Shown here piece by piece: positions 25,801 to 37,846 of a stretch of DNA of 64,000 nucleotides. The notes under the pieces are model-generated. The model was not told the DNA's origin, did not search any database, and saw nothing but the letters and a program-made list of their open reading frames with translations. Made by a program: the position numbers and the translations under genes. Source of the DNA: Anaeramoeba ignava BMAN. Taxonomy: Eukaryota > Protista > Anaeramoebae. The DNA lies in the NCBI GenBank assembly GCA_028826165.1, contig JAPDFW010000072.1, positions 62,001-126,000 of the forward strand. The letters run 5' to 3'. Positions within the stretch are counted from its first letter, which is position 1, and each line of letters opens with the position of its first letter.

Positions 25801-28800
25801 TTGATATTTTAATCAATGAAATTGTGAAATTCCACACAAATATATCTGAAATGATTCAAAAAAACGAACCCAAAGTTGATATTAATTGGACTCAACCATT
25901 TCTTAATAGCAAACTTTCTTTATATCAACATGTAAAAAATCATCAATAATTTTAATTTCAAAATTTTATATTGAATTTTATATTAAATTGAATTTTAATT
26001 ATTAGTTTGATTTAAGATTCGATTTCCTTCAATTCCTTTCAAAATTATTTCATAAAGATTTCCTCAATAATTCTCGTATAGAAACCCTTTGGAAATGCTT
26101 TGTTAAAGAAAAAATACAAATTGAAGATCAAAATAATTTTTTCACATTTGCACGAAATTTAAGTCTTACACCAGAACTTATTGAGGAATTTTTCAACAAA
26201 GCAAAGACATTAAAACCAAAAGAAATGAACGAAAAATCTTTTCTTTTCTTTCAGTTTTTTTGCTTTAATATGAACCAAAAGGAGAAAAAAGTTCAAGGAA
26301 ATTTTAATTCGTTTGAAGTCAATGATCCTGATATTTCAAAGATAATCGGGATTGATATGATATGGGATATAGCTCTTTACTGCAAAAGCCATAAAACATC
26401 TCAAATGGCAATTGATTTTTTACTGAAGATGCAGAAATTGCAAGCGAATTTAGTTGAGAAACACGAAGCAAAAATACGAAAGGAATTTGTTGATAAATGT
26501 TTTGGATTTTTAAACAATGAGAAAATTGGCAAGAAAACCAAAGAGAAAGCGATTAGTATTATTTTCAGTTTTGTTGTAGATATTGAGAAGGATTTGATTC
26601 CCGAGCATTTACCCTTTCAAAGACATTATACATCTTCAAGGGACGATCTGATCCAACTTGAAGTTCGGGAATTTGAAAAGAAGGATCCAATTGTGCATAA
26701 TATTGAAGTAATGGGAAGCGAGTCTGTGTTTTGTGTGCGCAAAAGAATTGCAGAGAAACTTCGTGTTAATCCAAAACAAATCAACGTAGTTACACATGGA
26801 AAAATGTCAGAGGATAAAAATTCGCTTTTTGCAATTCAAGCTGGATTGTTTGAAAATTCTCAACTACTTGTTCGTGTTGAGAAAATTGGGGATGATACAG
26901 AAAAGACAAAAAACACAGATAAAACCAGTGAAAAGAGGAATATTGAGAAACAGGCGTTACCAAGCTTTATTTTATCATCACATTTCAATGAATTTTTTGG
27001 ATTGCTTAATATTAGCAAAAATGCATCGAATAAAATTTGGAAACTGATTTTGCAAATGCCAACAAATGAGGAGCTTCACACCAAATTTCTCAAACTATTC
27101 AATCAGCAAAATAGCAATGAGCCTATTTTATGGAACCAATTTTTTGATATTAATTCGAAATTTAAAATGCTTTATAATCTTCAAATTATCCATCAAATTA
27201 TTCAAATGGAAAAAAGAAAGCAAGAAGTATTTGACACTTTCCAAGGCAAGAAAATACGACAAACATTTTCAGGATTCTGGACATTACAATTCTACGAAAC
27301 AGGAGGATTGGATTCATTGGTGAATGTTTTTGTTAGTCTTCATAAATCAATGATGGAGAATTCCCAAAAAATAGATTTATTTTTTGCAGAAAGTATTGCA
27401 TTGGTATTGAAGTCTTTGTTCAATTTTATTGTCCAAGAAGATAAACAACTGAAATTCAATAATGAAATTGTTTTGAAGACAATTGAACCAAATGAACTGG
27501 CTAAAAAGATACTTGAATTATTGTCGGAAATCTCAATCTATTTGAATAATTTCACAATTTTGGATACAATTAATATCTCAAAGTTTTCAATGGAAATTGT
27601 TGAAGCAATCACGAATACTTTTGGAAATTCTGCTGTGATTTTTGGAGGAGAGAAAGAAATGAGACATTTTTTAAGATCAACTATTCTTTTATCACATAAA
27701 AAACAATTTCGCAAAATTGTTGTTCAATTTTTATCCAAAATTTGTGAAAATGAAGATAAAAATGAAAAAGATAATTCAAAAGAAAATGAAAGAACATTCC
27801 AAATTAAATTACTTGAGCAAATGTTGGAGCTATTGATGGAGATGGTTATTGAAAAGGATAATGTAGATTTAAAATCAGAAGAAAATTTAGATGAAAATTT
27901 AGATGAAAATGAAAATGAAAATTTAAATGAAAAATCAAAATCTAAATCGGAAGAAAATTTAAATGAAAATTTAAATTTAAATGAAAAATCAAAATCTAAA
28001 TCAGAAGAAAATTTAAATTTAAATTTAAATCTAAATGAAAAATCAAAATCATTCCAGAATTCATTGAAATCACCATCAGAAGACTTCTTCACATTTCTTG
28101 AATTCTTAATCCGCAAAAGTTATCAAAATGAAAAAAAACAAGATTTTAGTAACTTAACATTATTGATTGTAAGATTAATCAAAGAAAGACCCAAATTGGA
28201 GCAAGGAATGATCTTATGGCAAGCACAAAGAAGACAACCAGATGAAACATTGATTGGATATTTGAAGTTGTTAAGAACATTAGTGAGCAATAAAAAGCAA
28301 AACATGCTGGAAATTCTTTTCCAAAAAGAACCTGAATTTGTGGAATATGTTATCAAGGAGTTACTTTTCGGGGTAGAAGCGGGAGAAATAACGAAAGCTG
28401 AAGATATAATTCTTCCCAAATGTCAGACTCATGAAAGTCGACAGGCAGCATTGGCGCTTCTTTTGGAAATTGCACGAAGAAACAAGGGAAAAAAAAGGGA
28501 AATTGTGAAAAAATGTTCTGAATTACAAATTAATATAAAAGTTGTCAAAGAATGGGGATTTGACCCAATATTAGAAAGCAGGAAAATAAATGGGTATGTG
28601 GGGTTAAGAAACCTCGGAGCAACATGCTATATGAACTCGTTGTTTCAGCAACTCTTTATGGTTCCTCAATTCAGAACGCGTATTTTGGCGTTGGAAACCC
28701 CACAACTTGAGGATAGTGAGCTCTATCAATTCCAGGTTCTAATGGGGTTTTTGTCATGGTCTTCTCGGCAATATCTCAACACAAGAGATTTCGCCAAAAC

Positions 28801-31800
28801 ATTCCGTGATTGGGATGGCAATGTTTTGAATGTCCATCTTCAAGCGGATGTGGATGAGTTTGGAGCGAATTTGTTTGATAAATTGGGAAGAAAAATTTTG
28901 GAAACAAAAGATCCTCAATTACTTCATGAATTATTTGAAGGAAAAGTTGTGAATCAAGTGATTCCTCAAGGAGAAGGACAACCCTCAAATCGAGTGGAAG
29001 ATTTCTATACAATTTCGCTGGATGTGATTAAGAAAAAGGATTTGATTGATTCTTTTGAACAATATATTAAAGAAGAAATGTTAGTTGGAGAAAATCAATA
29101 TTTTTCACAAGAACTTGGAAGAAAAGTTGATGCTCTCAAAAGAGTTTGTTTGCATACTTTGCCAAAGGTGCTTTTGCTTCATTTGAAGCGATTTGAGTTC
29201 AATATGGAGACTTTCCAAAGATATAAAGTAAATGATGAGTGTCAGTTTCCAATGGAACTTGATTTGAGAAAATATACTTATGATTGGATTCAACAAAAAG
29301 AAAATTCAAAAGAAAATGAAAAAGAAAATTTCGATACAAGCAACAAAAGCTCAGACACAGATATCGAGAAGGAATCTTCTCCCAAATCAGATCCATCTGC
29401 TATTAACTCTTGTTATCAATACCAACTTGCAGGTGTTATTGTGCATAATGGTTCAACTGATTCGGGTCATTACTATTCTTTTATCAGGGAAAGAGACCCT
29501 TCACAACAAAACAACTTCATGAAATGGTTCCGATTTGATGATAAAAGAGTATTGAACTACAACGAGACATATCTATCTCAGGATTGCAATGGAGGAAAAC
29601 ACAAAATTAGAGGATATGACAACTACGGAAAACTAAATGATATTATTGTTGATAAAACTTACTCGGCTTATATGCTTGTGTATGAAAGAAAGGACTTTAT
29701 AGAGGAAGAGCATGCGAGATTGTCGCAAAAAAAAAGCGATGCAAACAACACAAACAAACAAAAAGCAAACCAGAATATTGTGGAAATTGTCCAAGAAGAC
29801 AATCTTCAGTTTACAAAAAAAATGATTCTTTTTGATCGGAATTATCTCAATTTTCTGGAAGAACTTCTTTGTGTGGATGAGACAATATGCGCCGATAAAG
29901 ATGAGTTAGAAAATCAAAAAGGAAAAGGAAATCAAAAAGAAAATCAAATTGAGCAAAATGAGGAAATTGAATTTGCAACTAAGTTTGTGTTCCAAATCCT
30001 TTCTCATTCAAGACATGAAGCGCGATTACCGATTTGGATGCGTTTTCTTGCAAGTCAATACGCAAAATCACTCTCAGTTTCGAAATGGTTTATTCAACTT
30101 TTAAGCGATCCACAAAAAGGCAAAAATTGGTTTTTGAATTTTTTCCTTCAGTGTCCAAATGAACCTTTTAGAGAACAAACTGGAAAGCTTATTAGCATTG
30201 CGATTGCATCTGTGCTTCCTTTGGAGAGGAATATTCTTATCAAGCAAAGAGAAAAGCAGGAAAAACAACAGAAAATTTGGAACGAGAAAAAACAAAGTGC
30301 AAAAGAGTTTCTTCAACAAAACCGAGAATTTTCAAATGAAAAAATTGGTGAAACTGAATCAAAAATCGTAATGCTTTTAGAAAATGTGATTCAATTAATA
30401 CCCAATATGCAGAGTAAACTCAAAAACGGATATGCTTTATTTTCGTTTCTGGGTTATTTATCCGGTGTTGATCAGGAAATCAAACGTTATTTAAAAAGTA
30501 GGAACATTGTCGCGAGATTGATTGATTTATATCTCGATTCAAACTCACCATTGCGAACACTCGAGCTTGTTTTTGATCCTTCAAGAATCTCAACACCTAG
30601 TCCTCAAGTCATCAACATTTTGAAACTTTTACATTCGGTTCTTGAAGAAAATAACGCAATATCTTTCAAAGCACTTCCAAGCATTGATCGAGTGCTTATT
30701 GAAAAAACAAGCTTCATTGATCTTATTATTAACGATGGTGTTGATCCTTATGCAACTGGCAAACTTGTGTCTCTCATGTGTTTTTCCAACAAGCAACTTA
30801 CCCAAGAATACATCACAACGCTTACTCTTCTTGTCCAGGAAAGGGACTCAAATCTTATCGAAAAATACCATATTATTCTTGGTCAAATGCTCCAAATTCG
30901 CGACTCGTTTTTTTCTTGGAAATTGGACCAAATTATGGAAATTATGATCACATTTTTGACAAGCAAAGAATTTTCTACATCAAAAGCTCATGCTTCTATT
31001 AAAAACATTGTGGAAATTTCAAGGAATAGCCCTGAGGTTCTTGATTGGTTGTTCCAAAGAAAGGATAAATGGGTATATGAATTATTGATTGCAAATGAAA
31101 ATATGATTGCAAGAGAAGAAACTGAAAAATTGATTGATTTGATGATTCCAAAAATCAATGAAAATCAAAACCAAAATCAAAATCAATTAAAAAATGAAAA
31201 TGAAAATAAACCAAAAAAACAACTTAGTGATTCTGAATTGTCTAAATTTATGGATCTTCAATTATTTTTACTTGGATTGTTGCCTCGAATAATGACAGAC
31301 ACATACGAAAATATCAGACCCAAACAACGTCCAGGAAAATCATATGATCCATGGCCACCAAGCTTCTACAAATTAACACATTACTTCGATATTCTCACAA
31401 AAGCATTAATTCATCCGCAAGCAATACAATCTTTTGAAGACTTCTTCCCACAAATTTGGAATTTATATATTCACATCGATAGAAAAACACTTGCTTGTGA
31501 TTTGAACAAACATCATTTGTTTATCTTTTTCCAGAAATTCTTTGAGACTTCTCCAGAACACATTTCGCTAATAACAAATTCAAAAGAAAGACTTGAAGAT
31601 CTCATCCGTTATTATATCTCACTAAATCAACAGGAAATTTACATTTATTACAATAAAACGTCTCTTCCTTATTATTTCCGTGTCTTGAAGCAATGCCTCC
31701 AAAACGAATCCAAACTTATTGATCAACTCTACAACGCTCACACTTTCCGATGGGCGATCGAAAACTTGCTTTTGTCTTCAATTTATCAGGGAGTTGATGA

Positions 31801-33327
31801 TATTATTTATGAAATATCACTTGTTTTGCTCCAAAAAATACATTTCAAAAGAATCCAAGTCGAGCTTGTTTTATCAGGAACAGCAATGAACGAATCACCA
31901 TGGAATGCGCTGAGATTCCTGAACGCAATACTTGATGAAGACACATTTGATTTATTTGCAGTTCAGAATAAAACAAACGGTTTCAATTTGATCTCCAATT
32001 TTATGGTTCAAACAATCCCCACTTTGATGGATCAAATACAACTCTATATCACCTCAATTGACACACCTTCTCGACAAGAAGACATTGTGCAAATGGATCC
32101 ACTCACAACATCTGCGCTTCAGGCTATTGAAGAACCCAAAATGGCAACTGATTACAAACAGGAAATTAACAAAACCTTCGAGTTGATGTCTCTTGCTCTC
32201 CAAATTTTGCTTAAATCTTCAGCTTGGCTTATTGATTCCTCCTCAAAAAAAATATCTCTTCAAAAAAAAGAGAAAATTTCTTCAAGTTGGACTAGCAAAC
32301 TTCAATTACTTAATTCGCTAGATCAAATTTTGGATGTTATTGATTTTAATTTTCCTGAGAACGAAATTGTTGAGTTGATCATCTCGATGATGAGAACTCT
32401 TCTTTCCATCATTAACAAAGAGCAAAGTGGACGTTCGCATATTCACAGTCTTTTTTTACGTTACTTCTCGTCTCACGAAGTTCTCTACAATGCGCGATCT
32501 GTGCAACAAACATCACTGGATTCTGAACAAAAAAGAAATCATCTTATGTTTTCGAAAAATTTTATCAGAAATTCCTTATAAAAATTAGTGATCTTGAACT
32601 AGAAAACAACATCGACTTCCTCAACAACCCGAAAAAAGGGAAGAAGAGCACTAAGAACTTCCAAAGTTGTTTAGAAAATATTTCGAAAGTCTCAAAATTG
32701 CTTCTGTTTTATCTTTTCGAGCTCCTTTATAATAACATCAATACAGACGAACATTTGGATTTCATTGTTTGTTTCTCGAAAGTTATGGAAAATATTGCGC
32801 TAATCAACGATAAAAGGAACTCTTATTCACCTCCAAAAACTGATGAAATCAAAACAACAATTTATTCAAGTATCAGCTTGATTCTTATTGAATATCTTTC
32901 TGAAATTGCTTCTCATAAACTAGAACTTTTTGAAAAAGAACAATTTGTTGTTTTCTTTTCTCATTCAATTTGGGAAATGTTGCAAATTCAACCGCAAGAA
33001 GCATTAAATTTGGAAAAAAACATTGTGAAATTATCACTTCAAAATTTGAAGTCTTCGTTCCAAAAAATTGTTGGTGGTGGATCTTCTAAAAAGGAAAGTG
33101 ATGTTGATGAAGATAATATTATTTTAGATCATTCTTTTTTGATTCGAAGATCATTTCAATTGTTGAGAATTATGTTTTTGATGGAAAATAGCAAAGATTT
33201 AATTCAAAGTTTTCCAACAATTTCTCAAGATTTTGAATCAATGAAAAAAATTAATTTTTCTAATAATGAAGTTTTAAAAGATATTCCTGATTCAATTCAA
33301 GAAATATTAGGACTTTTAAAAAATTAA
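22819..33327 (+). CDS. USP24/USP34/USP9X-like ubiquitin C-terminal hydrolase, catalytically intact. Introns 22874-23434, 23761-23823, 23908-24157, 24311-24404, 24752-24840, 25004-25298, 25932-26005; 1-nt frameshift near 32530
   Basis: GYVGLRNLGATCYMNSLFQQL, LHLKRFEF, YQLAGVIVHNGSTDSGHYYSFI, WFRFDD, AYMLVYER. N-terminal motifs LENRVMAI, GIDMIWDIAL and a Ubl-like segment. The frame opening near 32530 runs on to 33327. Confidence 0.9.
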
Positions 33328-33404
33328 GAACAATTAAAAAATTAAAATAACAATTAATAAAAAAAAAAAGCAAATAAATTTTTGCTTTTTCTCTTTTCTT
33401 TTTT

Positions 33405-33971
33405 TTAAAAAATTTCACATTTATTTTCTTTTTCATAAATTTCACAATAACAATTTGTTGGAAATTTTCTATTTTCTCTTAAAATTTGAATTAAACATTC
33501 ATTACAATTTTCTTGATTTTTTGTTGAAATTTCCCAATATAAACAATTATTTGAATTAGAAAATTCCAAAGCATTTTCAAAAAGAACTTTTCTTTGATCA
33601 ATTAAATCAATTTTATTTCCAACAATTAAAATGGGAACTTCTTCAGTATTTTTTTGATAATAAATATAATTAATAGCTTTTTTTAAATAAAGAAAAGAAT
33701 CCAAATCAACAATTGAAAAAACCAAAATAAAGCAGTTAAATTCTTCTAATGGATTTTGGCATAGAAAAGAAAGACCGTCTTCAGCTCCTGAATCAGAAAT
33801 ATAAACGAGATGGAGTTCATTATCAACACAACAAGAATATTGGAAAGTATCCTCAATAAAAGGATCATAATTATGAAAGAATCCTCTTGAAAGAATTTGG
33901 TTAACTAGATTAGATTTGCCAACTCCAGGCAAGCCAAGAACAGCAATTTTAACTGTTATTGTTTGGTTCAT
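33405..33971 (-). CDS. Divergent Ras-family small GTPase with CaaX-like end
   Basis: G1 GLPGVGKS, effector loop YDPFIEDTF, G4 GNKID, G5 EISTK, C-terminal CEIF. Confidence 0.88.
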   Translation of the reverse strand: MNQTITVKIAVLGLPGVGKSNLVNQILSRGFFHNYDPFIEDTFQYSCCVDNELHLVYISDSGAEDGLSFLCQNPLEEFNCFILVFSIVDLDSFLYLKKAINYIYYQKNTEEVPILIVGNKIDLIDQRKVLFENALEFSNSNNCLYWEISTKNQENCNECLIQILRENRKFPTNCYCEIYEKENKCEIF

Positions 33972-33979
33972 TTTTTTAG

Positions 33980-34070
33980 ATTGAATTTTATAATTGAATT
34001 TTTAATTGAATTTTTAAATTGAATTTTTAAATTGAATTTTTAAATTGAATTTTTAAATTGAATTTTTAAA
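33980..34070. repeat. 13-bp tandem repeat (attgaatttttaa, about 7 copies) in the 176-bp divergent intergenic region
   Basis: Direct repeats visible between ATGs at 33971 (-) and 34148 (+). Confidence 0.8.
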
Positions 34071-34147
34071 AAAAATGAATTTTTTTCTATTTTCATAATT
34101 TCATTTTTTTTCTTCTTTCTTATTCAAAAAAAAAAACAAAAAACAAA

Positions 34148-36583
34148 ATGCAAAAAACAGAAGAAAATACACTTGAAATTCCAATTAAAATTTTAAATAA
34201 AATAACTGGAAAAAAAGAACTAGATGAACAGAAAACAGAGAAAAACAACAATGTAAAAATGGAGACACGAAACCTTCTTGGGATTGTTAAGAGCATGCAA
34301 CCCGAATTACCCGGAACCAAATATTTCTTTGCTCGTTCTGAATACGTTGGTGAAGCATATAAAAAAAACACGCGAATCAAGTGTAAATTTTGGGTTCAAG
34401 TAATTTCGATCCCGAAAAGCACATGGATCGAAGTTCCGCTGATAGCAAGTGCATGTGCGGTTCTTGAGTCGACGGTACAATGCGAGAGTGGAGACAAAAC
34501 AGGCGCGAGTATAGCAGTGCGGGATTCGAGATATAATTTAATTACTGACACAATAGGCCGTTATTTAATTGAAATGGACATTTCAGTTGCTTATGTTTCA
34601 GAACGTGGAAAAGCGTTCAGAATGCAGATTCCTCAGTCGCTATTCAATAGCCTGAAATATTCTGTTCGTGGAGATGAACGAGTAAAAATTTTCTGCGAGC
34701 AATCCATCGGTGAACCGGAACAAGAATTCCAAGGCGTTGATTTCAACTCAAACGAGAATGTCCAAGAAAAGAAGACTTTATGGGAAGAAAGTGATGATAA
34801 TAAACTCGAGGGTGCTCATGTCACAACAATGACTTGCAATCTCCCCGCTGTTTCTTACATGAGTGTATCATGGACAGAGGCTGTTTTGAAAAAGACGGAA
34901 CTCGAAAAATCAAACAAGGATTCTGATGAGGTTATCAAAAAAAAGGAGACGATCATCAATGTGGACCAGAATACTATACATTCAATTGGTGAGGGCGTTG
35001 TTCTTTCCCGTTCTCAATTTGTTTTTGAAATTATTAATGGCGCTAAAAGTGTTTTTGAGATACTTGTTCCTGCTGTTAGCTCCTCTCCCAAATTCAAAAT
35101 TCTTTCTGTTGACGGAAATTCTCTTCAAAAATTTTCGCTAGTTCAAGTTGAAGAAAATGACAACGAAAAAAAAACGGAAAAAAGTGTCAAAAATGAAAAT
35201 GAAAATGAAAATGAAAATGAAAATGAAAATGATAATGAAAAAGAAAAAGATAAAGATAATCAAAAAGAAAAAGATAAAGATAATCAAAAAGAAAAAGAAA
35301 AACTTGATCCACAAAAAATTGCCCAATTATTTGCTGAACAACAAACTAAAGAAGAAGAAGAAATCAAAAATCAAACCAAAAAAATCCAGAAAAAACAGAT
35401 CCTCAAAGTGCTTCTTCAATCAGGAGTTGAAGGGACATACACACTCAACATTGAAACGGAGCTTGAGATGCGATCAACAAGTTGCCCAGTAACGCTACCT
35501 GTTTTCGAGTGCTATGGGAAAATAAATCGTGAGACCGGATATGTCGCAGTTGAGGCAAGAACCAACGTGGAGATCAACGAAACTGAGGTTTCTGGAATAA
35601 GCAAAGTTGGCGTCAATGAGCTTCCTCCAGTGATTAAAAGATTATCTCGCGGATCCATTTTATTTGCCTATAGATTTTTATTTCCCGAATTCGATCTTTC
35701 AATGCGAGTGACAAAACATCGCGATTCTTCAGTGTTAATTTCAGTTATCGAACAAGCAGAGATAAAAATACTTGTTTCTGATGATGGCAAGATCATGCAT
35801 CGCTGCAAACTCAAAATGAAAAACACACAGAGACAATTTCTTAGAATGTCTTTGCCGCTCCAAGGTCCTCATAAAACCACTTTTGACCACGAACTTTGGT
35901 CGACAGTTGTCAGCGGGAGATCTGTCAAACCCACACTTGATCACGACAAAAGGATCGTGATTCCACTTGAAAAAACAAGCACATCTTCCCCCGAACAAGT
36001 CCCCTTTATCGTTGAAATTGTATTCATTATATACACTCAGAAATCACTTGGAAAAATAGGACGATTCTCGCTTTCTTTAGCTCAATTTGATATCCCAATC
36101 AACCATCTATTTCTCTCTTTATATCTTCCTGAGAACTACAAATACTCTGAGTTTTCTGGTGATTTGAAAGAGGTTCCTTCTTATTCAACAACTCCTGTTT
36201 TTCGCGTTGTTTCTTCCTATTCAGAACCAACTGTTCCTCAGATGAAACAAAATGTCGCTCGAAAAATGAACCGAAAATCAAAAATGTCTTTCAAGAAAAA
36301 AATCCCAGTTTCTCGCACTTCTACTTCTTCATCCGTTATCAAAAGTCAAGACAAAGCTTCTGGTGTTCTTCCAATCCAAATTGCTGAGTTTGAAAAAGGT
36401 TCAACGTTTTTTTTCGAACGGTTACTTGTTTCAGATGAATTGCTCCAACTTTCTACTTATTACAAAAAAACTACAAAGCCTTTTACTCAAAGAAGATACG
36501 CTGCTGATTTGCCTCATGTCTTCAAGTTTATCATTTTGATTCTCATTGTTGGTTTATTACTTTTCTGGAAATTTACTCGATGA
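34148..36583 (+). CDS. Intronless 811-aa uncharacterised beta-rich protein with a C-terminal transmembrane helix
   Basis: Long uninterrupted ORF with complex sequence. Terminal hydrophobic helix VFKFIILILIVGLLLFW. TCATTTT at 34101. Confidence 0.8.
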   Translation: MQKTEENTLEIPIKILNKITGKKELDEQKTEKNNNVKMETRNLLGIVKSMQPELPGTKYFFARSEYVGEAYKKNTRIKCKFWVQVISIPKSTWIEVPLIASACAVLESTVQCESGDKTGASIAVRDSRYNLITDTIGRYLIEMDISVAYVSERGKAFRMQIPQSLFNSLKYSVRGDERVKIFCEQSIGEPEQEFQGVDFNSNENVQEKKTLWEESDDNKLEGAHVTTMTCNLPAVSYMSVSWTEAVLKKTELEKSNKDSDEVIKKKETIINVDQNTIHSIGEGVVLSRSQFVFEIINGAKSVFEILVPAVSSSPKFKILSVDGNSLQKFSLVQVEENDNEKKTEKSVKNENENENENENENDNEKEKDKDNQKEKDKDNQKEKEKLDPQKIAQLFAEQQTKEEEEIKNQTKKIQKKQILKVLLQSGVEGTYTLNIETELEMRSTSCPVTLPVFECYGKINRETGYVAVEARTNVEINETEVSGISKVGVNELPPVIKRLSRGSILFAYRFLFPEFDLSMRVTKHRDSSVLISVIEQAEIKILVSDDGKIMHRCKLKMKNTQRQFLRMSLPLQGPHKTTFDHELWSTVVSGRSVKPTLDHDKRIVIPLEKTSTSSPEQVPFIVEIVFIIYTQKSLGKIGRFSLSLAQFDIPINHLFLSLYLPENYKYSEFSGDLKEVPSYSTTPVFRVVSSYSEPTVPQMKQNVARKMNRKSKMSFKKKIPVSRTSTSSSVIKSQDKASGVLPIQIAEFEKGSTFFFERLLVSDELLQLSTYYKKTTKPFTQRRYAADLPHVFKFIILILIVGLLLFWKFTR

Positions 36584-36699
36584 AAAAAAATTTTCCCTAT
36601 TTTACTTTTTTTTTTTTCTTCTTCTCAAAAAAAAAAACATCAATTTTATTTTTTTTTTCAAATTGATTAAGAAAACAAATTCAAATTCAAATTAAAAAA

Positions 36700-37025
36700 A
36701 AAACAAAAACAAAACAAAAACAAATTTAATTTTAAATTTTTATTTAATTATAAAAGGAAACATTTTATTTCAAAAACAAAAAAACAAAAACAAAAACAAA
36801 AACAAAAACAAAAACAAAAACAAAAACAAAAACAAAAACAAAAACAAAAACAAAAACAAAAACAAAAACAAAAACAAAAACAAAAACAAAAACAAAAACA
36901 AAAACAAAAACAAAAACAAAAACAAAAACAAAAACAAAAATTCAAATTTAATTTTAATTTAAATTTTTATTTAATTATAAAAGGAAACATTTTATTTCAA
37001 AAACAAAACAAAAACAAAAACAAAA
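36700..37025. repeat. (caaaaa)n array flanked by a duplicated ~60-bp unique segment
   Basis: aaatttttatttaattataaaaggaaacattttatttcaaaaac occurs at ~36734 and ~36961. Confidence 0.85.
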
Positions 37026-37054
37026 TAAAAAGTTCTTAAAAAAGTTCTTAAAAT

Positions 37055-37846
37055 TTAATTTTTCCGAATATAAATTCTTCTTCCTCTTGAATTATTTTTC
37101 ATTCTTATTAGTCCAAAATTTTTTTTTAAAAAATCATCAATTCCTTTAATTACATTTTTTTTCTCATTTTTATGATTAAGAGTTGCCATAATTTCCAAAA
37201 TTTGTTCAGATAAAGTTAATTGATTTGGAATATTTTTTGGATTTTTATCAAGAAGATTTTTATTCCAACCTTTTACCCAATTTCTATTTTCTTGATAAAA
37301 GAAATTTAATTTAGAAATAATTGAAGGTCTTGGTTTTGATTGAAGGAAAATTTGAGCTTTATTTAAAAAATAAGAAGAAGCATTAAAAAGATCTATTTTT
37401 GGATGATTTTCCAAATTTTTTCCAATTTCATTTTGATTTAAATTTTGATTTTGATTTTGATTTTGATTTTGATTTTGATTTTGATTTTGATTTTGATTTT
37501 GATTTTGATTTTGATTTTGATTTTGATTTTGATTTTGATTTTGATTTTGATTTTGATTTTGATTTTGATTTTGATTTTCATTTTGATTTTGATTTTGATT
37601 TTGATTTTGATTTTGATTTTGATTTTGATTTTGATTTTGATTTTGATTTTGATTTTGATTTTGATTTTGATTTTCATTTTGATTTTCATTTTGATTTTGA
37701 TTTTCATTTTGATTTTGATCTCTTAATTCTTTTTGTTCTTTTTCATATAATTCTTTTTGTAATTCTTCATATTTTTTAAATCTTTCTGGAAATTTCATTA
37801 TCATTTTAGCTAATTCTATTTTTCTTTTATCAAATAAATTTGTCAT
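37055..37846 (-). CDS. Uncharacterised 263-aa protein with an internal poly-NQ tract and a basic C-terminal domain
   Basis: Frame is preserved across the repeat, with complex sequence on both sides. TCACTT element about 55 bp upstream. Confidence 0.7.
   Translation of the reverse strand: MTNLFDKRKIELAKMIMKFPERFKKYEELQKELYEKEQKELRDQNQNENQNQNENQNENQNQNQNQNQNQNQNQNQNQNQNQNQNQNQNENQNQNQNQNQNQNQNQNQNQNQNQNQNQNQNQNQNQNQNQNQNQNLNQNEIGKNLENHPKIDLFNASSYFLNKAQIFLQSKPRPSIISKLNFFYQENRNWVKGWNKNLLDKNPKNIPNQLTLSEQILEIMATLNHKNEKKNVIKGIDDFLKKNFGLIRMKNNSRGRRIYIRKN

Noticed and set aside
22819-33327. Intein or homing endonuclease insertion in the large ORFs
   Set aside because: No C..HN/C splice motifs or LAGLIDADG blocks seen; insertions are low-complexity only.
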